Of a DNA stretch of 47,047 nt, positions 12,205 through 24,849 are shown piece after piece. Below the pieces are notes generated by a model. That model was not told the DNA's origin. It saw nothing but the letters and a program-made list of their open reading frames with translations, and searched no databases. How positions within the stretch are numbered: position 1 is the first letter of the stretch; every line of letters starts with the position of its first letter. Source of the DNA: Octopus bimaculoides (taxonomy: Eukaryota); NCBI RefSeq assembly GCF_001194135.2, contig NC_068989.1, positions 54,904,136 to 54,951,182 on the forward strand. The letters run 5' to 3'. Both the position numbers and the translations under genes were made by a program.

Positions 12205-12690
12205 AATTACATACAAATATACATACATAAATACATACATATACGCATATATACATACATGCATGTGTGCATACATACATGCATGCATACATAAACACAC
12301 ATACATACATACATACATACATACATACATGCATACATACGTACGTACGTACATGCATGCGTACATACATGCATGCCAGTACGAACGCACACACACATAC
12401 ATACATACATACATACATACATGCATACATACATACATACATACATAAATACATACATATACGCATATATACATACATGTGTGCATACATACACGCATGC
12501 ATACATAAACACACATACATACATACATACATGCATACATACGTACGTACGTACGTACATGCATGCACGTACGAACGCACACACACACACATACATACAT
12601 ACATACATGCATACATACATACATACATACATACATACATACATACATACATACATACATACATACATGGGTACGTACGTACATACATAG
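12205..12690. repeat. Compound (ATAC)n microsatellite with an internal ~218-bp duplication
   Basis: The same interruption pattern recurs at 12241 and 12459. Confidence 0.9.
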
Positions 12691-14348
12691 AATAGATGGG
12701 AAAATAATAAGTGGGCGGAAGCATTTTTACTAGTCGTATTTCGAAATTATTGTCTTACTTTGAGCTTCTTGTTAACCTAATATAACAGTAGAAACTTCAG
12801 AAGCGGTTAAACAATGCTATTCACAAATACAAACAATGAGAATTGAAATATTGCATATCTGACTTGGCAGAAGTACTGTAAACGATTGAGAGAAAAGATA
12901 ATGCAAATATATGCATATATATATAAACACTCAAGCGCATATTCGTGTATGCATGCAGATATGTATACATAAATGTGTGTGCGTTTATATATATATATAT
13001 ATATATATATACATACATACATACAATACACTGGGGAGTTAAGTGTGAAATGCCTAATGAGAATGTATAGTGCAGATAGGTGGATGTGTAGTGTTATATG
13101 CTTGATCCAAGAGCAGCAAGCTTGACTGATTTCGTACATGTTTAGCATCAAGGACACTTCAACGACAACCGCAGAGAAAAGTAAGCTGGTGTTTCAGATA
13201 TCGTAGCCAATACGTTGTTTATATAATATAATGTGGGGCGGTACGGTAGAAATCATTGAAGCATGAAGTATTGATGGCTTAGTTCAAAGGAGTGTTTGTT
13301 GGCTCTTTATGATAAAGGCGTGTCGTGTAGTTACCAATAATGTAATAACCATGCCACTAACGATAATAGGCGTGGTTTTGTTTTTTATTTCATTTTCAGA
13401 TATTTCATTGTAAGGCACATTAATACACCCACTGGGGTGGCGTAGTATAAAATAACCAATAACTGTGTGATGTCTGTATTGATGTTAGTAGAAGCGTTAC
13501 ATAATGTCCGTCTTCATAGATCAATCTGCAGAGCATCCTATTCTTATATGTTGACCTTGGAGGTAATGTGAGGGTCGAGGGTTCGAGACCCTCTGTAGGT
13601 TTATGTTTCTTTCATCTTGCTACTTCACCAGAAACAGTTCCTGGGAGAAAGCTGGGAAATGAGTGTGAAATAAAAAAAAATCGATCACACTTAAAGCGGT
13701 TTCCCAAGATAACCATAGTCTCTGACTAAAATCAGTAAAAGTAAAAGTAAGGTAAATGGAGAAAATAATAGTTTCTTGTGGAGAGAGATATGTCCTTTGG
13801 TCAGCAGTTTGAAGAGAGGGGGGGGGGGCTGCCGGTTAAATCGACCATAATTCATTACTGGTACTTAACTGGTTGAACCTGGAAGGATGAACCTACAAAT
13901 AAATAAACATTTGTCCCATTAATACAAGAACTGGAGAATTTGGACTGGAGTTGATTGGATCGCCTATCCCCATCCCAGAGCATGATCTGATGCTTGATTT
14001 CTTAGGACAGGTTCGAACTCAGAATGTAGAATATCAAAACTAAATTGTATTAGAGCTTAAATCAACTATTCTACTACTTTATATTACCCTGTCTTCCTGT
14101 TTACAATACTTTCTTACTTTGACACAAGAATCCTGATTTATAGAAAACACACCTGAGTATATCGATTATCAGTTTATTACGGATAAATTGTCAATCTAAG
14201 CCTTGTGTAAATGAAAGCCAAAGTGAACACCTTTGGGATTTGAACTCAGGACATAGCACAACTTAACTAGATACTGCAGCATTGTACTTTGCTCAGTACC
14301 TTTCCAATTTTATCACCACTCCGTTGCCTGCTAGTGTATTATTTGTCA

Positions 14349-14494
14349 CAATCATGGGCAAACTGCGGCCCGGGTGACTTTCCGAATGGCAAGCCTAATG
14401 AAAAATTACCTTGAATTTTCTTAGTAGTGCGGCCTCCCTGATAATGAGCCATGCCTTATGCGACCAGCTTCTCGAAAAATGTTTCTCATGCCTG
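14349..14494. mobile_element. Old hAT (Charlie-like) MITE
   Basis: Left end CAATCATGGGCAAACTGCGGCCC; right end reverse-complements to CAGGCATGAGAAAC. The 8-bp flanks ATTTGTCA and ATCAATCA match at 5 of 8 positions. Confidence 0.65.
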
Positions 14495-14639
14495 ATCAAT
14501 CATATAAGGTGTGACAACAGAATTTAAGAGTAAGAGAAAAAGTACTGAAGAAATACTGACGTAGAGTGATGGACAATGCAGAGTAAAAGAGAGCATTCCT
14601 GTCAAATGAAGGTCACCATTCGATCACGATTCTCTGCTT

Positions 14640-15091
14640 CGGGGCTTCGTTTTATGTAAAACCAAACTCTAAATCTCCTTCAAATCACACACAACTGTTT
14701 TTAAAAATGAAAGAACATTTTGGATAATACAGTCCGAGAGACTTATGCAGGAAAAAGATGGAAATTACTGGAATGGTTTTACTAACAATCTGCTGATTAA
14801 GGAACTGTCTTTGGTTAAACAACAACAGCAACAACAATTAAATGGTTGTTTCTAATATAGGTACAAGGCTTAAATTTGTGACAAGAGCATAGTCGATTAT
14901 TTTGACCCTAGTATTTTACTTTATTCCAGATGGATGAAGAGCAAAGATTTTAGTCGGCGGGATCCTTAGTTCAAATACAAACGTCGTAAACAGGAAGACG
15001 ATGGTATCGACTCACTGCTTTTGCTAGCCCTCAGCAAAAATTAATTTGGAACCCATTATTATTACTACTATTGCTGCTGCTGCTGCTGCTG

Positions 15092-15135
<44 letters not shown>

Positions 15136-16165
15136 GCTACTACTACTACAATTCAGATAGCGAGCTAGAAGTATCGTTAGCACGCCAGACAAAATTTGTC
15201 AAAAAGCCGAAACAATGCAAAGTGAAAATAAAGACTAGCAGTTAATGATTTACATAGTATTTCTTCGATATTTCAGAGTTAGAGCCTTTTCATCAGGACA
15301 AGTAGAGAAACTGGAGATGGTGTAGAGTTCTTATTTTCGCTCAGATGTGTGAGAAATGATATTAACATTTGCAGACTGGTATTGTAATAGTAACCATGCT
15401 ACCGCATGTTGTTCTTGTCTGTTATTTAATGGCCGCAACATAAGCAATCTTAGAATCAAGAAGGCTATCATAATTATTAAGTCTAAACCTTCATTAGTAA
15501 ACAGACAAGAACTAGGCTATCGCCTAGACAAGAACTAGGCTATTGTCACTATTGTAAAACCAGTATGCACAAGTCATTACCACATCTTACATATTTGAGC
15601 ACGCATAACAACTCTAAACCATCGACCATTCATTTATCAATGTATCCTGATAAAAGAATTTTAACACTAAAATATCGAAGAAAACAAAGGTAAAACTAAA
15701 ACTGTTGTTCTCTTTTCACTTTTGTATTTTTTCCATTTTGCATTGTTTCGGCCTAGGAAAAAGTTTTAATCTAATTTGATATCACAGAATGCTTCACCTA
15801 AACTACTTTATACTACTTCAGTTTCATATTCCTATGTTCCAGATTCAGACACGCCAGAGCAAACGTTGCCATGCATCATACAGAAGTCGATAAGGTTATT
15901 AGTTATTTGATAGTGTTGTTGCTGCTGCTACTCTCGCAGCTGTTATCGTGGGTGGTGTTGTTGTGGCTCAACCTCTGGTCAGCCCTTCTCTAGCAGACCT
16001 ACCATTCCAGGTACCCAGCCATGACCCACCTGCTTCAAAGGTATTTCTTGGATATTATCCAACGTCACCTTGGAGACTATCCAACGTGTAAGGAGTTATT
16101 TGATGGAGATTTAGCCGTAATTTTGTAGCAGTTCAAGAAACAATGTAGATGTTTTCTCGTAATGG
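14640..16165. repeat. Two old copies of one unclassified repeat in opposite orientation (~14640-14835 and ~15955-16165)
   Basis: Shared blocks in register: GTTGTTGT..AACC, AGCAGA, ATTCCAG, ATTATCCAA, ATTTGA.GGAGATTTAG. Confidence 0.45.
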
Positions 16166-16644
16166 ATAGCGGTTAAAGCTATCGACAATCCACTGCAAAA
16201 CTGGCCGTATGCTTAAAGAAATTATCATTATTATTATTATTATTGATAGAAATAACACCTGTCACTTATATCAACTATATATCTTTACCTTGTGTTCATA
16301 TCGTTTCTATTTCAGCTGAGAACAAGGTGTGTGGAGTGGGGTACACGATGAAGCAGCTTTAAAATTTAAGCTCAGTTCCACTTAGTCAACAACCAGCCAG
16401 CCAGTAAGCTAGGCAGTCAGCCAGACGGTCTAGTTTTAAATATTTACATCTCAGTAGGGGACGCTTTTAAAATTTCTTACTTTAGCAACAGTCATGGAGT
16501 TTTGCAGACAAGTGGGGTTCAGCATAATATCATATTGTACCAGCTTACGTCTGTTACTGCTGTAAGTACAACAACAACAACTACCACCACATTACTGTTA
16601 ATACAGCTGCTGCTGGTACAGTGGATTATGTAACAATTTCCAAC

Positions 16645-16684
<40 letters not shown>

Positions 16685-16728
16685 CAACAACAACAACAAC
16701 AACAACAATAATAATGATGATAATGATA

Positions 16729-16937
16729 CTTTCTACTATAGGCATAAGGCCTGAAATTTGGTGGAGGAGTAAGTTGATTACATCGATCCCTGTGGTGAAA
16801 TGGTACTTAATTCATCGAACCCGAAAGGATGAAAGAGTAAGTCAACCTCGGCGGAATTTGAACTCAGAACGTAGCGACGGGCAAAATACCGCTAAGCATT
16901 TCGCCCGGCGTGCTAACGATTCTGCCAGCTCGCCGCC

Positions 16938-16940
<3 letters not shown>
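16729..16940 (-). mobile_element. Full-length Meta-core-like tRNA SINE in (AAT)n
   Basis: Well-preserved copy, collinear with 1708-1919 and 41221-41450. Confidence 0.9.
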
Positions 16941-17029
<89 letters not shown>

Positions 17030-17251
17030 CCTTTCTACTAAAGGCACAAGGCTTTAAATTTTGTAGGAGGAGACTAGTCGTTTACATCGGCCTCAGCGTT
17101 TTCACTGGTACTTAATCTATCGATCCCGAAAGGATAAAAGGATAAAAAGCAAAGACCCCCAACGGAATCTGAACTCAGAACGTTAAAACAGATGAAATGC
17201 TGCTAAGCTTTTTGTCCGGCATGCTAGCGATTCTGCCAGCGCACCGCCGTG
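17030..17251 (-). mobile_element. Second tandem SINE copy in (AAT)n
   Basis: Collinear with 16729-16940. Confidence 0.85.
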
Positions 17252-17307
<56 letters not shown>

Positions 17308-17310
<3 letters not shown>

Positions 17311-17712
17311 ATCGAGAATAGGAAACCAGACATAGTATTAATTGAGAAAGAAAGCAAACGATGTTCTATCATAGAAATAGTATGCACAGCTGACAACAAG
17401 GTATGCGATAAGGAAGAAAGAAAAGTCGATAGATGCGACAGGTTAGCTTGGGAGGTTTAGCAATGAAAAGGGTAGTAGGAGCACCAATAATTGCCAGAGC
17501 CCTGGGAACAGTGAGTAAAAATGTTGAGAAGTACATGGAACAAATAGGGTCTACAATAAGGGTGGAGCACTTGCAGAAAACAGCACTGCTTGGAACCGTT
17601 CCAATACACCGGATGATGCTCGAAAAATAGGGGGTGTTATCTTAGTTCACTGGTAGTGAACAAACAGCTGGCACCGTAGTACATCTCCAGCGTTAGCAGC
17701 TGTCCAAATCCA
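17308..17712 (+). mobile_element. 3' end of an R4/Dong-like LINE (RLE domain)
   Basis: EIENRKPDIVLIEKESKRCSIIEIVC (RLE PD motif) and EHLQKTALLGT; flanked by (AAT)n on both sides. Confidence 0.9.
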
Positions 17713-17715
17713 ATA

Positions 17716-17796
<81 letters not shown>

Positions 17797-17799
17797 TTA

Positions 17800-19276
17800 T
17801 GGTAATGATGAATCCCAAGTCAGTTCCCTCGTTGATTCAGTGTATACTTTCAGTGCTGACATCACAATGGAGTTCGGATTGAGAAAGTGTGGTGTGTTGG
17901 TCTTGAAGAGAGGCAAAATCAAATGTATGGACGGGCTAACAATATGGTCGGGGGAGGTTATGAAGCAGATAGAAGAGACGGGTTATAAGTACTGGGGAAT
18001 ATTAGAAATGGATAAATTGGAGAAAGAAATGACAGAAAAATTTAAGGTGGAGTACTTGCGCAGACTGAGACTGATCGAAATTAGTCGAAATTAAACGGAC
18101 GGAATAAGATTGAAGCTATCAACACCTGGGCCGTTTAACTTCTTAGATATGGAGCAGGAGTAATCGCATGGACAATAGACGAACTAACACGTTAGACAGA
18201 AAGACAAGGAAGTTACCAACTAGATGTGGGACACTCCACCCAAAAAGTGACACAGACAGATTGTATGTACCAAGAAAAAGAGGGGGATGAGGACTTATTG
18301 GATGCGAACACAGTATTAGGGCAGAAGAAAACAACATAGCATGGGATGTAAAAAATGCCGCAGAGCCGCTATTATTAGAAGTAAGACGGTCGGGCTTGTG
18401 TAGGATGAAAGATTGCAAAGATAAAGCACTGTACAAGCAATTGAAAACGAATGAAACTGAAAATAGGTGGGTAAAGAAAAGAATGCATGGACAATTTCAT
18501 AGAGATGTTGAAGATAAGACAGACAGAGAAAAAAGATCGTTGTGGATGACTAAAAGTGATTTAAAACCGGAAACGTTGGCTCTAATCTCTACTGCGTAAG
18601 AGCAAACGCTAAGAACAAACTACATAAAATGCAGAATAGACAACACATCAGAAAGTGATAAGTGCAGAATTTGTGGACAAAATGGTGAAACTGTATGGCA
18701 TATTACCAGCCAATGTACGTCACTAGCCTAGAAGGAATATAAGAGACGCCACGAAAATATAGCAAGGCTTGTCTATTGGACACTTTGCAACAAGTATGGA
18801 CTTGACAGAGCAAACAATTGGTATGACCATAAACCCGAAGGCATCATCGAAAATGATAATGGAAAGATCCTGTGAGATTTTATGATTCAGTGCGACCATG
18901 AGATAGAGAATAGGAAGCCAGACATAGTCTTAATGGGGAAAGAAAGCAAACTATGTTGGGTCATAGATGTAGCATGCCCAGCTAACAACAAGGTATGCGA
19001 TAAGGAAGAAAGAAAAGTCGAGAGATATGACAGGTTAGCTTGGGAGGTTAAGCAGTTGTGATCGATGAAAAAGATGGTAGTAGTACTAATAATTATCGGA
19101 GTCCTGGGAACAGTGAGTAAAGTCTTGAGAAGTATATGGAACAAATAGGGTCTGCAATAAGGGTGGAGTACTGCTTGGAACCTCTCGAATACTTCGGAAG
19201 GTGCTCGAAAAATAAGGGGTGTTACCCTAGTTCACTGAATAGCTGACACCGTAGTACATCTCCAGTGTTAGAAGCA
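17800..19276 (+). mobile_element. 5'-truncated R4/Dong-like LINE (late RT, CCHC, RLE)
   Basis: FSADITMEFGLRKC, YKYWGILE, CCHC at 18663-18716, and ENRKPDIVLMGKESKLCWVIDVACP; several stops; (AAT)n on both sides. Confidence 0.92.
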
Positions 19277-19287
19277 ATAATAATAAC

Positions 19288-19358
<71 letters not shown>

Positions 19359-19367
19359 TGATAATAA

Positions 19368-19875
19368 TAAGTCTGTCGCATCAAAAGAAGTGCAGGAATT
19401 TTGGAAAATAATTTGGGCAAAAGAAAAATCACTCAAGGAAAAGGCTCCTTGGTTTGATAGAATATCTACACACTTCGACTCCTTAGAAGAGCAAAAGTGG
19501 GAGTGTATCAAGGTAGAGGATGTAAGATCTGCTCTCAGGAAGTCAAGCAAATGGAACCCATCTGGTTGAATGCTTTCCCAGCTTAGCAACAATGTATAAA
19601 ATGCTAACATCTGTCTTGACTGAATATACCTATAGCTTTTTAATAGAAAGTGGCATATTCCCTGAGCAAAAAGGATGTAAACAAGGGTCCTATGGTTGTA
19701 ATGATCAGCTACTCATCAATAAGATGGTCTTGGAAGATTGTCACAAACGACACAAAAACTTGTCGATAGCCTGGATAGACTATAAAAAAGCTTTTGATAG
19801 TCTACCACATAGCTGAATTAAGAAATGTCTGGAAATGTATAAAATAGCACCTACTCTGCGAGACTTCTCGACTGT
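19368..19875 (+). mobile_element. N-terminal RT fragment of an R4/Dong-like LINE
   Basis: YKMLTS...PEQKGCKQGSYGCNDQLLIN...AWIDYKKAFDSLPHS. Confidence 0.9.
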
Positions 19876-20273
19876 TAGTATGAGAATAGAGAAAGAGTCG
19901 GATTCTAACCTAGATCCAAGGTCCCTTCAGTGGAATTTCAACATTAACAGGGCAATTTTCTGTATGTGTGTATGAACGTATGATTTTTCTTTGAGTTTTA
20001 TTTAAGTTCTTGATAAAGTTCGAGTCGATCGCTAACAAAGCAACAAGTCTTGTTGAGTTGAGAGATTTCCCATTGTTTGTAAATATGTGACTGAGTTAAT
20101 GTGCTGGTTGAACTTTCAATGCATACACCAAAGTTTAGGCATCTATTCACACAATAATCTCACGTTTTTTTTTTTTTGTAATGAGAATTTTTGTAATATC
20201 TTACTAAGACATTTTGGGTAAACGTTCAGAGATTGTTGATTGACCCTGTTGATTGATGTCTTTCCTCACTCTA

Positions 20274-20588
20274 AATGGCACTTCGTTGGTTACGACGGCG
20301 AGAGTTCCAGCCAATAGTACAACCTGCTCATGAAATTAACGTGCAAGTATCGGAGCACTCCATAGACAGACGTATTCTTAACGGAATTCTCAGGATGATT
20401 CAGCATGACATAGAATGTGACAAGGCTGCCCTACTGGAATACCGGTACTACTCATTTTTGCCAAGTGAGTGGACTGGAGCAATGTGAAATAAAGTATCTT
20501 GCTGGAGAACACAACGCACTTCTGGGAATCGAACTCAAATCCTTACGATCGTGAGCCGAATACCCTAACCACTAAGCCACGCGCCTTG
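20274..20588 (-). mobile_element. tRNA-derived SINE, third family
   Basis: Minus-strand head GGCGCGTGGCTTAGTGGTTAGG (A-box) and GAGTTCGATTCC (B-box), then a body AGCAAGATACTTTATTTCACATTGCTCCAGTCCACTC. A related fragment lies at 32030-32175. Confidence 0.85.
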
Positions 20589-20799
20589 AAAAAAACTTCA
20601 ACACAAGCATCGTTTGATTTTTAGCATCTGTGTTAACCTCTGTTATATGTGTTGCACATTACGGCTGATTCTAATCGAAAGAGTCAAGACACTGAATGAA
20701 AAATTATAATTGAAAGACTTATAGTAATAAGGGCTTTGGAATGTATGGTGAAAAGGGGTGACTGGGCATATGTCCCAGAGCACCGTAGCCTTAGACTCA

Positions 20800-23700
20800 A
20801 CTGTCATCTTGCAACTTCAACAAAGTTTGATTGCTGGAATATTAACACCTTACTTGATTATGAATCCTCTAGAAGGTGCCCGAAAGAATAACAGCGTGGT
20901 AGTAAAGGAGTTACAGTGATACAACATGGATGTGATGGCCTTGTCTGAAACGAGACTCTCTGAAAGCGGTCACTTCACAAAGTAATCATGTGGTTATTCG
21001 TTTTATTGGAGTGAGAGAAGGAAAAGGTACGAGGGGAAGCCTAGTGCAGCGTCTGCAGTAATGAAATTCATTGTTTCTTGGCTGGAAGATTTACGTGAAT
21101 TTATTGATCGCTTGATACCAGTAAGGATGCCATTGTTAAATAACAGATTTGTTACCCGAGTGAGCACCTACACTCCAACCATGCGTTCTTCTGAAGATGA
21201 AAAACTATCGTTTTATTTGTTGCTAAAGGAGCTTGTCCGGAAGATTCCTTGTGCTGATAAAATTGTCATACATTATGATTTCAACGCTAAAGTTGGCAAG
21301 GATTACGAAACCTAGCATGTAATCGGAAAACATGGAATCGGAAAGTGCAATAGAATTGGCTTGTTACTGCTACAAATGTGTCAGGAACTAGATTTGCGCA
21401 TAGTAAGCACCATATTCCAGTAGAAACATTAATAGAATACAACCTGGATGCATTCAGACTCGAAGCATTAAAAGAGAATTGATTTTCTTCTTGTTTGCGT
21501 GTGTGATGTTCGTAATGTGTGTAGTCTCTGCATTACGCAAGTAGATGAATATTGAACTGATTATCGTCTTGTTCGTGCGAAGATGAAGTTTATTATAAAA
21601 CTGAAAGAACCCAGGATGTGACCATTCCAAAGAAATTAAATGTAATTTGTCTGAAAGTTGATATTATTAAGGAATTTTGGTGGAGAAAATGGACAGCGTT
21701 CAGTTCAATGATTCATGGGATGTGCTCAAAACGTTTTTGTATGGCGTTTGTAATGATGTTCTATGTTTAGTGGAAAGAGAGCTTGAAGAATTGCGGGATG
21801 AAAATGATGAAACTCAGATATTTTTAGATGGAAAGAGGGTCCTTGATGGAGAGCCAGAAATGCATAGGAATGAAACGGCGTACAAGGTGTTGAAGTGTAA
21901 GATCAAGCATAGATTTCGTAGCTACAAGATGGTGGAAGAATAAACAGATGAGATTCAATCTATATCTGACTCCAACACTAGGAAGCTTCAGTATAATTTG
22001 TTGTGAGAGGTTTATAGGCCATATTCTCCTCATATTACTCCTTTATGTACCCTAGATGGCAAATAATGGCTCAGAGATCCTGAAGATATTCTTGTCGGGA
22101 AGCAAAAACACTTTTAAATATGTCTACTCAATTTGATGAGTTTGTTGGCTTCATTCGCTGCATAGCCAAAACAAAAACAAAACGAACACCTTGTAGATCC
22201 TGCTACTCTTATTGAATTTGAAAATGATATAAAAAGCTAGATGGAGGTAAGTAGAATCTCTTTGTATTAAGATCTTGAAATGTGGAAGTGAAAACTTCCT
22301 TCAACATTTAATTTAATGCCGAAGATTTGAATTGAAGAGATTATCTCAAGAGACTGGAAAGATCGCTAATGGTGGATTTTTGTTGCAATTACCTTGCAAT
22401 ATTTTTTCTTCCTGCTGTTGGAATAGTGTTGTATAAAATCATGCTATACAGACTTAACAATACCTTTTACACAATCTTCTCTGAGCCTCAGTGTCGTTTC
22501 AGAAGTGAGCAGAGAGAACATGATTTTTTCTGTCAGGCAATTTCAGAGAAAATGCATTGAACAAAAGATGGGCATAAATCAAATCTTTGTTTATTTGGCT
22601 AAAGCTTCTGATACTATGAGTAGAAATGCCTTGCGGAAGATTTTGAAGAAGATTGTATGTTTTGATTTGTTTCAGAACTGAGATGTTTCCATAATTGAAT
22701 AAGAGCATGCGACAACGAAGGTGGAAAGCTCAATGATCTAATTTTGGTTGAAAATGGTGTCAAACAAGGGGACATCCCAAAGCCAAAGCTGTTTGAATTG
22801 TACTTGCTATGGTTCTCTTGCATAGACAGAAATTGTAGGTTGTGGGTAATTTCGTGCGTTTAGACAGTGGGAAAGGCAATGACAAACCAGCCCAATATCC
22901 TTGCCAAGAAAACACAATGAGAAAGAGAACTCGCGCTTCATCCGATGGAAGAACTCGCGCTTCATCCAGTGGAAGAAATCACGCTTAATCCGGTGGGAGA
23001 ACTTGTGCATGATCGGAAAGAATTTCCTTGCAGTGTCACGAATGCTTTGCAAAAGCATACGATACATTAACGACGATCTAGGCAGTACTGTGAGACAAAT
23101 ACTCTTGATGATGAATTTCTCCAAATACAGAAAGCCGGTGATGCATTCTGAAAATTGAATAACCGTTTATGGTATCGGTATGGATCTGAGACGAATTTGA
23201 AGATGCACAATACTCGTGTTTTGTCTTCGTGGCTATATGCACGTAAGAACTGGATTACTTACTGGATGAATATGAAGAGGCAGGAGCGATTTCACCAACA
23301 GTGTCTCCACCGTATACTGGATATTTGATAGAAAGTGTATGTAAGAGACGTTGAAGTCCTTAAATGCAGTCAGTCTACTATTATAGAGCCTCTCTAGCAT
23401 TTCAGTACCGACTACAACGGAGTGGTTCTGTGGTCAGAATAAAAGACGATCGGATCCCTAAGCGATTTCTATAGTGAGTTAGTCAAGGGTAAAAGACCAA
23501 TGCATAAACCAGAATTAAGGTATAAAGACTGCATCGAGTATAGACTGGAGAGCGTCAAGATCTTGGGAATTGGGTGAGAAAACCTTGCTCTAGAACAGTG
23601 CTCCGCAACCGCTATGTCGCAGCACACTGATGAGCCACGAGACGATGCTGGGTGTGTCACAGTGTAACTTGAATTAATTTTTTCCTCTATACTTTTTGTT

Positions 23701-24110
23701 ATAGTTTTAGTTCAGGTGTGCCGCCGAATTCTGAAAAGAATATAAGTGCACCACAAGTGAAAAACGGTTGCGGAACACTGCTCTAGAATGTGTCTCGAGA
23801 AGGAGAGCAGTGTATGATGGGAAAACAAGAATTCGAACGAATTCGTGTCGAGCGCGAAGAGCTGAAGAGATATTTAAGGTGTTGATGTGTATTTTCCAAT
23901 GTATGTTGTCGCACAACCTGATTTAACACGTAGCAAGTGTAGTCGTTTCTGTCTAAGTAATGCAGGCCTTAGAAATCATCAGTGAACCCACACATATTGG
24001 GAAGTTGTTATCTATGCACTATACATCATCTTTCCTTGCAAGGAGTGTGGAGTAATATGCAGCAGGAGGCGGACTGAAACATAATACGAAGCTTTGCCAC
24101 AACAACATTG
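20800..24110 (+). mobile_element. Decayed near-full-length RTE-clade LINE (APE + RT + C-terminal C2H2 fingers)
   Basis: APE motifs WNINTL, MDVMALSETR and YDFNAKVG; RT motif GVKQG; degenerate fingers at 23917-24095; short (CAA) tail; many stops and frameshifts. Confidence 0.9.
23596..23780. mobile_element. 185-bp hAT (Charlie/Buster-like) MITE inserted in the RTE LINE
   Basis: 16-bp TIRs CAGTGCTCCGCAACCG and CAGTGTTCCGCAACCG (1 mismatch); perfect 8-bp TSD CTCTAGAA at 23588-23595 and 23781-23788. Confidence 0.95.
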
Positions 24111-24849
24111 TAACAACTACTACAAGAGGTGACTATCGTTGCTGCACCAGCTCAAAAGAGGGTAAAATCCTAACAGCAACGAAAGACTGTTTCCGTGCTG
24201 TTCGTGATTGACAGAACAATCAAACGACGGCATTACGAAAATTGAATTGCCGTCATTATGTACGTATATAAAGTTTAGAAGTTCATTTGCGTTGACCAGG
24301 GTACCCATGATTCTAATTATGCAGTCCGTCTATGTACTGCCTATGTCCTGCATAGTTGGTGACGGTAAAATTTTCTCTGAAGATGCCTTTGGTTGCAGTG
24401 TGTAGGACGAGACCCACATTCTGTCAATTTCAGATATGTAACAAGTTATAATGTCTGCCAGAAATTTGTACTTATATCCTGTCCTTTTTATATTGTTTGA
24501 AATGTGATCATATTTCTTTCCCGATCGGTACTATGTCTGAAAATTGCTAGTTTATTTCGTACGTGTGGGGGAGAGGAGAGAGAGAGAGAGAAAAGAGGGA
24601 GAGAGAAAGAGATTCTTGTTAGTATACCGAAGGTCTGTAAATTTCCATTCATTTCATTCAAGGAAGAGGTTGATCTTTACTTTACGCGAGATAGGCTCTT
24701 TTCTATAAAAGAGTTCTGCGTCAGAGAGCACCTTCTATTCACATAAGATATATCCCTCCTCGTGATTTCCTATTATTTTTCCTCTTTTTTTCTAATTACA
24801 ACCTTTAGATTCTCTCTTCTTTCTTTCCCGAAAGAGGCCTTGCATCCTT

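Noticed and set aside
12026-12724. Long MYVC/HTYI ORFs (also at 28600-29100, 32200-35800 and the N-spanning ORFs)
   Set aside because: Translations of microsatellites and gaps.
13690-13750. Minus-strand splice acceptor and VRDYGYLGKPL peptide
   Set aside because: The sequence is a decayed CORE-SINE tail.
20740-20830. HDV-like ribozyme at the RTE 5' end
   Set aside because: Two stems are present (CTGGG/CCCAG and GGGTGAC/GTCATCT), but I could not place the P1.1 GG or the catalytic C/J4-2 strand.
23628-23670. CTGATGAG...GAC hammerhead-like start
   Set aside because: No GAAA and no stem I; it lies inside the hAT MITE and is better explained as decayed GTGCCGC-type subterminal repeats.
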